A stretch of DNA of 64,000 nt, taken from contig CAXXFK010000007.1 of assembly GCA_963663965.2 (NCBI GenBank), positions 128,001-192,000 on the forward strand, given 5' to 3'. Below the pieces are notes generated by a model, which was not told the DNA's origin, ran no database searches, and worked only from the letters and a program-made list of their open reading frames with translations. Made by a program: the position numbers and the translations under genes. This document shows positions 38,993 to 47,039 of the stretch, piece after piece. This DNA comes from Sedimentisphaerales bacterium. Its GTDB lineage: Bacteria; Planctomycetota; Phycisphaerae; Sedimentisphaerales; SM23-30. Position 1 is the first letter of the stretch, and each line of letters begins with the position of its first letter.

Positions 38993-40087
38993 TCAGGGTG
39001 ATGGTTCGATGGGTTTTTCGTGGCCGCAATGTTGGCAGTGGGGCAGGAGGGCGTGGCGAATCTTGTGGCAGGCGGGGCATTCTTCGTAGATGGGGGAACC
39101 GCAGGTGGGGCAGGTGTAGGGTTCATCTGGCGGCTGAGCCGAGCCGGGCGGGAGGTTTTTGTGGATAGTGCGGCGTTTCCAGAAGAGGAATCGGCGCGGG
39201 CCGGTGCGAATGGGGTATTCGCAGACCGGGCAGAGAAAATGCTGGTAGGCTTCGCGGTATTGACGGATGAGCCATTGCGCCCGGGGGAAGGCAACCACCC
39301 GGATAAAGTAAATGAGGATGCGGCCAACGACCAGCAGGAGTGCGACGATCAGGATATATTTGAAATACTGGGCGGGGAAATAGCGGTGCATGACCAGGAC
39401 AACGCGGACGAGGGTGGCCAGGCCGCAGCCCAGGATGAGCGGGAAGTAAATACTGGCGCGCTGTTTGATATAGAGCCAGGCGCCGATGGCGAGCAGGGGG
39501 ACCAGGATGGCCATCTGAATGCCAGCGAGAATGAGGCGATGACGGCGATCCAGGCGGTTGTATTCATTGAACGCCGGCTCTTTCTGATCGGCGACTTGTC
39601 TGTTGATAGTGGTGAGTGTTTCGTCGAGCTGGCGGCGTTCTTCGGTGAGTTGAGCGATGTCGGCGTTGAGGGCCTGGAACTGGCGCTGATGATCCAGGAA
39701 CTGCTGTAAGCTGGCGGAGATATTTTCCTGTTCGGTATCGGGAATTTCGATGGATTTCTGGACGCGGAGCTTCTGTAATTCGATGAGCTGGTTCATGGTC
39801 TCTTGCAGGTTGCGTGAGCCGGCAGCCAGGATTTCCAGTTCGCCGCGCTTGTTTTTAATATTGCGGTCGGTTGCTGCGATGGCGGCTTGCAGGTTGTCGC
39901 GTTGACGGATCAGATTGCTGTCAACATATTTCGTTTCGATATCAGTGAGCTGTGGTCCCTGGATGGTTTCGATATCTCTGACGATAAAACCAAGCACCCA
40001 GTAAAACAGAACCGCGAGTATGCAGGTGAAGAACCAGATCGAGAAACGATGGATCCAGGGGCCACGGGGTTTGTTTTGAGTGGTCAT
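38993..40087 (-). CDS. Membrane protein with a long coiled coil and C-terminal double zinc ribbon
   Basis: One TM, a coiled coil of about 150 aa, three TMs, then CPVC, CPTC, CPAC and CQHC. Confidence 0.72.
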   Translation of the reverse strand: MTTQNKPRGPWIHRFSIWFFTCILAVLFYWVLGFIVRDIETIQGPQLTDIETKYVDSNLIRQRDNLQAAIAATDRNIKNKRGELEILAAGSRNLQETMNQLIELQKLRVQKSIEIPDTEQENISASLQQFLDHQRQFQALNADIAQLTEERRQLDETLTTINRQVADQKEPAFNEYNRLDRRHRLILAGIQMAILVPLLAIGAWLYIKQRASIYFPLILGCGLATLVRVVLVMHRYFPAQYFKYILIVALLLVVGRILIYFIRVVAFPRAQWLIRQYREAYQHFLCPVCEYPIRTGPRRFLFWKRRTIHKNLPPGSAQPPDEPYTCPTCGSPIYEECPACHKIRHALLPHCQHCGHEKPIEPSP

Positions 40088-40223
40088 GGGCCGGCTCCTT
40101 GGTAAAAATCAAATTAAAAAATGTATGCCAGTTGTTTACAGTTATCTGATTATACGACCTTAAGAAGAGATAAGGCTATGAGAAAATAACATTGACGTTA
40201 AAGTGAATTTTGTCTGTACAGAC

Positions 40224-40517
40224 TCAAGGTGTTGAAAGAGAGAGGTCCGACAGGAGGGCTCCCGAGTAACTTATCATATAAAAGGTGTTTAGAAATATCA
40301 TATTGAACAACGTTAACCAGAGGCGATCGAATTGTTTATTTCGAACGATCCTGATAATATGGCTGATCAGGATAATATTGAATCCCATTAAGAACAGGTG
40401 CATGATGATCGATACCGGACCCGGGATGGAAAAGGGCCGTAAGATACACAAAATTGTGATTATGGGTAGCAACCATAGCTCAGAATAGAAATTGTGATCT
40501 GACAGTTGTTTTTTCAT
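40224..40517 (-). CDS. Small AT-rich three-TM hypothetical protein
   Basis: 97-aa hydrophobic ORF starting 6 nt after the recQ stop. Confidence 0.45.
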   Translation of the reverse strand: MKKQLSDHNFYSELWLLPIITILCILRPFSIPGPVSIIMHLFLMGFNIILISHIIRIVRNKQFDRLWLTLFNMIFLNTFYMISYSGALLSDLSLSTP

Positions 40518-40523
40518 TTTCTA

Positions 40524-42359
40524 TTAAAAATCAACATCCATGGCGAGTTTGTGTTTACGACAGTAATCGATGATTTGATCGACGAACTCGCGGCCGTACT
40601 GATCGAGTTTTTTCTGGCCGACGCCGTTGATTTCGAGGAAATTGGCGAGGGTGGAGGGGCGGCGGCGGGCCATATCGCGGAGGGCGGCGTCGCCGAAGAT
40701 GAGATAGGCCGGGAGATGGCGGTCCATGGAGATGGTCTGGCGGAGCAGGCGGAGCTCTTCGAACAGGCGCTGGTCGACACCCTTCCAGGAGTCCTGGGCG
40801 AGTCGTGGTTTTTTCTTTTGAGTTCTGGCCTGTTTGCGGTCGGGCGGCATGAGCAGGCGCGGGGTGTGTTGGCCCTTGAGAACCTGGTAACCCTGCTCGG
40901 TTATGGTGAGGGTATTGAATTCGCCGGTTTTGACCAGGCAGCCTTGCGAGGCGAGTTGTTCGATCCAGGTTCGGACGGCGTGTTTGGGCTGCTGGGCGAG
41001 CAGGCCCCAGGTGCTGAGTTCATCGTGCCGGGCGCTGAGGATGCGCTGGTCTTTGGAGCCGGCGAGGACGGCGGCGGTATAGTCGCCGCCGAAACGCTGT
41101 TCGAGCCGCCAGACGCAGGAGATGATTTTCTGGGCGACGACCAGCGAGTCGGGCATGGCGGTGAAGTCGCCGATACAGATATCGCAGGCGGCACAGTTGG
41201 GTTTGTCGAGCTGCTGACCGAAGTAATGGAGCAGGGCTTGATGGCGGCAGGTGAGACCGGCGCAGTAGTTGTACATGTCGTTGAGTTTTTGCCGGGCGAT
41301 ATTGGCGGGTTCAGGATCGAGGTCCTGCATGAGGAATTTCCAGATATTGAAGTCGTTGCCGCCGTAGAGCAGGCAGCATTCGGCTTCAAGCCCATCCCGG
41401 CCGGCCCGACCGGATTCCTGCTGATAGTGTTCGATGGATTTGGGCATACCGGTGTGGATGACGTAGCGGACGTTGGGCTTGTCGATGCCCATGCCGAACG
41501 CAACGGTGGCGACGACGATTTTGGCGCGATCGTTGATGAAGTCATCCTGATTGCGGCGGCGGTCAGGGTCGTCCATGCCGGCGTGATAGGGCAGGGCACG
41601 ATGGCCGCGGGTTTGAAGGTTGGCACACATTTCATCCACATCCCGGCGGCGGATGCAGTAGATGATGCCGGATTCGTTGGGATAGCGCTGGATGATGGCT
41701 TCGACCTGGCGGTTGAGATCGCGGCGGGATTCGGTTTTGTAGAGCAGGTTGGGCCGGTCAAACGAACCGACCAGGATTTCGGGATTATTGAGTTTGAGTC
41801 GTTCGACGATATCGGAACGGACCTGTTCGGTGGCGGTGGCGGTGTAGGCGTGGATCCCGACGTTGGGGAAGCTGGTTTTGAGTCGGTCGAGCTGGCGGTA
41901 TTCGGGGCGGAAGTCGTGGCCCCACATGCTGATGCAATGGGCCTCGTCGATGGCGATCATGGAGAGCGGCAACTGGCCGAGAAACTGGATGAACCAGTCG
42001 GAGACGAGGCGTTCGGGAGACATATAGAGGATTTTGATTTCGTGGTTGGCGGCGCGCCGGATTATTTCGCGATTGAGGTCGCCGGACTGGCTGCTGTCGA
42101 TACGGGCGGCGGAGATACCGCATTCGATGAGGGAGTCGACCTGGTCTTTCATCAGGGAGATCAAGGGCGATACTACTACGGCCAATCCATCCAGCGCCAT
42201 GGCCGGGGCCTGAAAGCAGAGCGATTTGCCCCCGCCGGTGGGCAACACCACCAGCGAATCACGGCGCCCGGCGGCGGCGAGCATGGCCGCCTGCTGCATG
42301 GGTCGGAAACTGTCGTAACCCCAGTAGCGTTTGAGGATGGTTTTGAGGGTGTCCAGCAT
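40524..42359 (-). CDS. recQ: ATP-dependent DNA helicase RecQ
   Basis: PTGGGKSLC, IDEAHCIS.WGHDFRP, VATVAFGMGIDK, QESGRAGRDG; Zn-RQC and HRDC regions. Confidence 0.96.
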   Translation of the reverse strand: MLDTLKTILKRYWGYDSFRPMQQAAMLAAAGRRDSLVVLPTGGGKSLCFQAPAMALDGLAVVVSPLISLMKDQVDSLIECGISAARIDSSQSGDLNREIIRRAANHEIKILYMSPERLVSDWFIQFLGQLPLSMIAIDEAHCISMWGHDFRPEYRQLDRLKTSFPNVGIHAYTATATEQVRSDIVERLKLNNPEILVGSFDRPNLLYKTESRRDLNRQVEAIIQRYPNESGIIYCIRRRDVDEMCANLQTRGHRALPYHAGMDDPDRRRNQDDFINDRAKIVVATVAFGMGIDKPNVRYVIHTGMPKSIEHYQQESGRAGRDGLEAECCLLYGGNDFNIWKFLMQDLDPEPANIARQKLNDMYNYCAGLTCRHQALLHYFGQQLDKPNCAACDICIGDFTAMPDSLVVAQKIISCVWRLEQRFGGDYTAAVLAGSKDQRILSARHDELSTWGLLAQQPKHAVRTWIEQLASQGCLVKTGEFNTLTITEQGYQVLKGQHTPRLLMPPDRKQARTQKKKPRLAQDSWKGVDQRLFEELRLLRQTISMDRHLPAYLIFGDAALRDMARRRPSTLANFLEINGVGQKKLDQYGREFVDQIIDYCRKHKLAMDVDF

Positions 42360-42462
42360 TGTGGGGTATTATCGGGGAAATGGATGGAGAAGTCAAATTA
42401 TGTGTGGAATCATTGAGGGCCGTGCATTGATATGCCTGTTGAACGGGATTAAGAGGTAGCCA

Positions 42463-42855
42463 TTATATTTTTTCAATTTTCGGGACGTTGCCGATGAATC
42501 TGACCTGGGAATTGGGTTGAAGCGGGACGCGCTGATCGAGGGTATCGGGCTGGTAGTTGTCGATGAGGACGTAGAAGTCGTTGTTGAGGAAGCAATTGAT
42601 GGTGTTTCTGATTTCCGCTTTCCATTCGTCTTTGGTGGGGCGGCCGGAGGCTGAAGGGGATTTGTGTTCGGCATCAGGAGTGGCGTCGCCGGATTGGTTC
42701 GACTGGAGAAGATGTTTCATCATGCGGTTTTCTAAATCCTGAAAGTGCCGTATTCGGATCAGATCACGTACGGTAGTTCTTTTGGAATCGAGATCCAGAA
42801 CGGTTTCGTGGATGAGCTGGCCGGAGGCGGTTTCGTCACGGATGGTTATGGGCAT
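42463..42855 (-). CDS. Ubiquitin-like (beta-grasp) protein paralog lacking the C-terminal GG
   Basis: Aligns end to end with 46618-47016 (ITIRDETASGQ, TVRDLIR, FLNN.F.VLID..QPDTLD) but ends VPKIEKI. Confidence 0.65.
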   Translation of the reverse strand: MPITIRDETASGQLIHETVLDLDSKRTTVRDLIRIRHFQDLENRMMKHLLQSNQSGDATPDAEHKSPSASGRPTKDEWKAEIRNTINCFLNNDFYVLIDNYQPDTLDQRVPLQPNSQVRFIGNVPKIEKI

Positions 42856-42986
42856 TGGGTCCTCTTTTCGGTTTTATTGTTTCGAGCGGCGCTTGCGATG
42901 CACGGAACGGTTGTTTAGACATATACGGTTTCATTGCCATGAAGGTGGTCTAAAATCGCATAACGGGTCGATATCTATCTGATTCT

Positions 42987-43015
42987 ATTATGGTCAAAAG
43001 AGGAGGCGATGTCAA
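42987..43015 (-). promoter_or_regulatory. Sigma70 promoter for the GG-less Ubl paralog
   Basis: Minus strand TTGACA-N17-CATAAT. Confidence 0.6.
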
Positions 43016-43048
43016 ACTGTTGGTGTTATCTATTTGCATTTTATAGGG

Positions 43049-46000
43049 TTAAGGCTTTATTTGTTGGGTGATGGTTGGGTCGGTAATGCGGGTGTCGTCC
43101 GCCAGCAGCAGGGCTTTGCTGATGATAATGGAGAGCAGGCTGTCGCCTTCGAAGGGCAGGAAGAGTTTATCCTGGCCGGTCTGGCTTTTGACGGTGACGA
43201 TACACAGATACTGATCGTTGGGCTCCATGAGGATATTGCCGCTGCCGAGGTGGATTTTGTAGGTACGCAGGTCGCCGCGCACGATGAGGAATTTGTCGCG
43301 GAATTCGCAGCGGTCGGCGATTTTGAGGCGGGGAATGAGGTTTTCGAGTACCTGTTTGCGGGTTTGGGCCGTTTCGCCCAGAGCGCCAAAGGAGATATCG
43401 TACCAGTAGTTGCGGTAGCGGCCGTCCGGGCCGCCGTCCTGCCATTGGGGATCGTTGCCGATGCTGGCGACACCGACAAACAGGTCGATATCGCGCATGA
43501 CTTCGGAAAAGGGCCGGGCCGGGATGGATTCGAGCGGGATGGGGGCGACGGTGTGGACCTGGCCTCCTTCGCCCCAGCCGTGCCCGGTGGCCTGGGGGGC
43601 GTTAATCGGGAAAAAGCGGACCTGATCGGTGGCCAGGTAGGGATAGGTTTCGAAATAGCTGTCATCGTTTTCATCATTAACGCCATCGGTCCAGAACTCC
43701 GCGCGGAGGTTCCATTGGGGTAACATGATCGTTGCGGGCGGAAAGTCCTGATCGACGGCGAGTTTGAGGGTGTTTTTCCAGCCGCGGGCACCGCAGAGCG
43801 AATTGAACTGGTGCTGTTTGACGATATGGGCGGCATAACGATTGGAATAGATGGCGGTCTGGCGTTCGGCATCGGTCAGAATATAAATTTCGCGGTGGGC
43901 CTGTTTGAAGGGCTGTTGGATCTGGTGATCCTGTAAGCATTGCCGCCATTGCATTATAGTATCCGCTTCATGGCCGATGGGGTGCCAGAGCCGCACGGGG
44001 GTTGTATCGGGCAAGGTAGGGAGGGATTGGCCGGAACTGTCGACAAGTTTGCCATCCAGCCATATCGCACTGAGCCATTGGTTGTCCTGTTGGAATTCCC
44101 AGATCAATCGCCGGGCCAGAAAGCCGACCAGGGGGTGATCGAGGTAACGTTCGCGCCAGATCGATAGCGGCCAGGTTGTTTCGGTCAGATAGATGCTTTC
44201 GATGCGGGCTTTCTGGGCCGGCAGCATCTGCTGCATTTCTTTGGCAGCGGTTTTGAGTTCTTTGAGTTCATCCGGGAAATCGGATTTGACGGCGGCCGGG
44301 ATGGATTTCTGGGTTTTGCCATCCGGCTTGAGCCAGGTTAATTCCGTTGTGTTGGTGCCGGTGATTTTGAGTTGAGCGGTGAAGTCGCCCAACGATTCTT
44401 CGAGCAGACCGACCTGTTCCATGCCATAGGCCGGCACGCTCATCTCTTCGAGTTCGGCGCGAGTAATGCCCTGTTGGGCGGCGGCTTCATTTAAGGCTTT
44501 GTCGATCAGTTTGAGCGCGGTACGGAAGCGAACTTTGGTATTGAGAATGGCCAGTTGGCGCAGACTTATATCATCGTTCATGGCGCCCAGCGCGTAGATG
44601 CAGGCGTTGCCGATTTTGACGGCGCGCGGGCCGATACCGGGAATTTTCTTATATGCGTCGATGGCCAGATTTCTCAGGGTTGTCGCCAGGTCACTGTTCT
44701 TGAACCGACTGCAACACCAGATCAAACCCTTCAGGATGTCGCCGTTGCATTCGCTGAAACCGTAATCAACCGAAATATCATATTGAATAATCTCTATCAT
44801 TCGGCTTTTATATTCCTGATTATCGCGGGCCGTGCTGCATCCACTACTGGCTCGTATTATCAAGGTTTTTCCGGGCGTCAGGTTCTTATCTTCCAGATTC
44901 ATTTTCCGAATCTGGCCTTTAAAGTCGGCTACGTCAATCGATTCAATTATTTCAAACGCTTCCTGGCTTACGGTTGTCAGATATTGCTTCTGATGAGCCA
45001 TTGTGGCCCAGTTCAGCCATTGAATGATGCGTGTAACAAAGTCACTTTCACCAATCTTTTGCAGGATTTCGTCGGTCTGTTTGAGCCATTTTTGAGAAGG
45101 CGAGCCAGTTTTAGTTGAAAGACAATGATCCAGTAAGGCGACCCAATTAGAAGCCCCTTTGTTTTTTATTATGGATAAATCGCGCATTACATTTTCTGAC
45201 CAGGCGCTTCCTAATTCAATTGGCAAAGATTTGCAATTTAAGATTTCTTCCAGTATTTTCTTTATATTAATTTGGCTCTTATTCAGTACCACATTTTTCA
45301 ATGGTTCCAGTATTGAAAGGAGGGCCTCCCTTACTACATCCGACATATTATTATTCTGATAAAATGCGACAATTTTTTTTAATAACCGCAATTCGATTTG
45401 TTTATCATGTGTTATGATAGACTTTAAGTATAATTCATAATATTCAGAATCATATGGCAACTTCTTTTTTTCTAAAGATTCTATTAGGCAGTCTAATTCG
45501 CTATTGAATAAGCTATACCATTTTCGATAAACAATATGATTATCCCATTCTGCTTTTTCACCTATTGAAGCATTATTATACCACTGAGTAATTTGAACCA
45601 ACCTAAAGTAATATGCCTTTAATATATTTAACCAATCAATCGGTGATGCCTTTAAAATTTTAATGATAGATTCAATTTTACACTCATCTTTATCGATTGA
45701 AAAGAATGTTTGCATACAGCGCATGTCTGAATAAGTAGTTCGGAATTCTTCTGCAACATCTTTAAGAAAAGCGCATCCGCTTGCCAGATACCCCGATATT
45801 CCATTATTCCAGTATATTGGATCAATTTGTTTCAGGTCAACAAGAAACATGCTGTCATATGTATTGTTAATTTCGTCTCTTTCGGGCATCTTGGCTTTGA
45901 AGCTTCCATCTAAAAAGCTTTCAATCAGTTTACAAAATCGCTTTAACTCGGGGTTTTGGGGATCTTGTTCATTAATTGCAAATATCACCGCTTCAAGCGA

Positions 46001-46552
46001 TGCTTGAATAGTTTGTGGCAAGTCGTTTTCCATAAGAAAGCGTGATAATGATTTAAGAAGACCATGTATTGGAACAGACGCCATTTTTCCCCAATATGCT
46101 GTAATAGGGGGATAATGGGAAAAGTTGGTTGGTCTTGATTTCGTAGATAAGCCAAGAAGATATTCGTAATCGTCAACCTGAAATGATATTTCGCGAGTAA
46201 AAATAAACTGCAATAGTATCTGAAAGAAACCGCACCAAGAAAATGCCAGAGTACCGTGTTTTAAAGGCCAGCCTTCCTGGTTCAGTCTTTCAACCAGCGC
46301 AAGTGCTACACTTGCTAGTTCGTCGGGCGGCATTTTTACGATAGTATCTCTGGCAGAATAATCATCAAGAACAAAATCGAAAGCTCCTTTAATCGGGCCG
46401 TTTTCCAGATAATGATTATACGCCTCCAAGGTTAATTCATCCAGAACTTGATGACCTGCTAAAGAACGAGAAGTATAATAATAATAAACAGTATCAAGTT
46501 TAATATCAGGCCGGTTCCCTCGAATCGTTTTCATCTCAATATCGTTTTGCAT
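43049..46552 (-). CDS. DUF4132-like protein with a variable AT-rich helical N-terminus
   Basis: C-terminal half WRERYLDHPLVG..ARRLIW, VRLWHP, QPFKQAHREIY, FSEVMRDIDLFV is typical of DUF4132 proteins. Confidence 0.8.
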   Translation of the reverse strand: MQNDIEMKTIRGNRPDIKLDTVYYYYTSRSLAGHQVLDELTLEAYNHYLENGPIKGAFDFVLDDYSARDTIVKMPPDELASVALALVERLNQEGWPLKHGTLAFSWCGFFQILLQFIFTREISFQVDDYEYLLGLSTKSRPTNFSHYPPITAYWGKMASVPIHGLLKSLSRFLMENDLPQTIQASLEAVIFAINEQDPQNPELKRFCKLIESFLDGSFKAKMPERDEINNTYDSMFLVDLKQIDPIYWNNGISGYLASGCAFLKDVAEEFRTTYSDMRCMQTFFSIDKDECKIESIIKILKASPIDWLNILKAYYFRLVQITQWYNNASIGEKAEWDNHIVYRKWYSLFNSELDCLIESLEKKKLPYDSEYYELYLKSIITHDKQIELRLLKKIVAFYQNNNMSDVVREALLSILEPLKNVVLNKSQINIKKILEEILNCKSLPIELGSAWSENVMRDLSIIKNKGASNWVALLDHCLSTKTGSPSQKWLKQTDEILQKIGESDFVTRIIQWLNWATMAHQKQYLTTVSQEAFEIIESIDVADFKGQIRKMNLEDKNLTPGKTLIIRASSGCSTARDNQEYKSRMIEIIQYDISVDYGFSECNGDILKGLIWCCSRFKNSDLATTLRNLAIDAYKKIPGIGPRAVKIGNACIYALGAMNDDISLRQLAILNTKVRFRTALKLIDKALNEAAAQQGITRAELEEMSVPAYGMEQVGLLEESLGDFTAQLKITGTNTTELTWLKPDGKTQKSIPAAVKSDFPDELKELKTAAKEMQQMLPAQKARIESIYLTETTWPLSIWRERYLDHPLVGFLARRLIWEFQQDNQWLSAIWLDGKLVDSSGQSLPTLPDTTPVRLWHPIGHEADTIMQWRQCLQDHQIQQPFKQAHREIYILTDAERQTAIYSNRYAAHIVKQHQFNSLCGARGWKNTLKLAVDQDFPPATIMLPQWNLRAEFWTDGVNDENDDSYFETYPYLATDQVRFFPINAPQATGHGWGEGGQVHTVAPIPLESIPARPFSEVMRDIDLFVGVASIGNDPQWQDGGPDGRYRNYWYDISFGALGETAQTRKQVLENLIPRLKIADRCEFRDKFLIVRGDLRTYKIHLGSGNILMEPNDQYLCIVTVKSQTGQDKLFLPFEGDSLLSIIISKALLLADDTRITDPTITQQIKP

Positions 46553-46617
46553 ATAGTCATTTTCCTCAAATCCAGATTATATTCGGGGTATCATATTAAT
46601 GATATTTCTTCATATTC

Positions 46618-47016
46618 TTATCCCCCAACCAGCGGCACCAGTCGAATAAAGCTGACCTGGGTATCGGGGCGGAGCTGGATGCGTTCATCGAGTGTGTCGG
46701 GCTGGCGGGCGTCGATGAGGATGAAGAAGCGGTTGTTGAGGAAGCCGTCGATGGCTTTTTCGAATTCGGCTTGCCAGTCGATTTCTTTCCGGTGGGATTT
46801 GCGGGGCGGGTTGAGTTGCTGTTCCAGGTGGGCCTGGGGGACAGGACCGTTGGCGGCGGGCTTTTCGGTTCGGAGTTTAAGGTTATGATCCTGCACTTCC
46901 TGATAGACCCGTTCGCGAATGAGTTCGCGGACGGTGATTTCTTCGGTGAGGAACTCAAGGACCATTTCATTGGTGATCTGGCCGGTGGCAGTTTCATCAC
47001 GAACAGTAATCTGCAT
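46618..47016 (-). CDS. Ubiquitin-like (ThiS/MoaD-type beta-grasp) protein with C-terminal diglycine
   Basis: Ends LDERIQLRPDTQVSFIRLVPLVGG; AGGAGG RBS; directly upstream of the DUF4132-like gene. Confidence 0.72.
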   Translation of the reverse strand: MQITVRDETATGQITNEMVLEFLTEEITVRELIRERVYQEVQDHNLKLRTEKPAANGPVPQAHLEQQLNPPRKSHRKEIDWQAEFEKAIDGFLNNRFFILIDARQPDTLDERIQLRPDTQVSFIRLVPLVGG

Positions 47017-47039
47017 TGTCGTACCTCCTGTTGATCTTC

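Noticed and set aside
40524..42359. recQ as part of the Ubl/DUF4132 module
   Set aside because: It is a canonical RecQ with its own promoter at 42396-42368; adjacency alone is not enough evidence.
40506..42416. 636-aa plus-strand ORF
   Set aside because: It is the antisense shadow of recQ, explained by GC-rich codon bias, and has no recognisable motifs.
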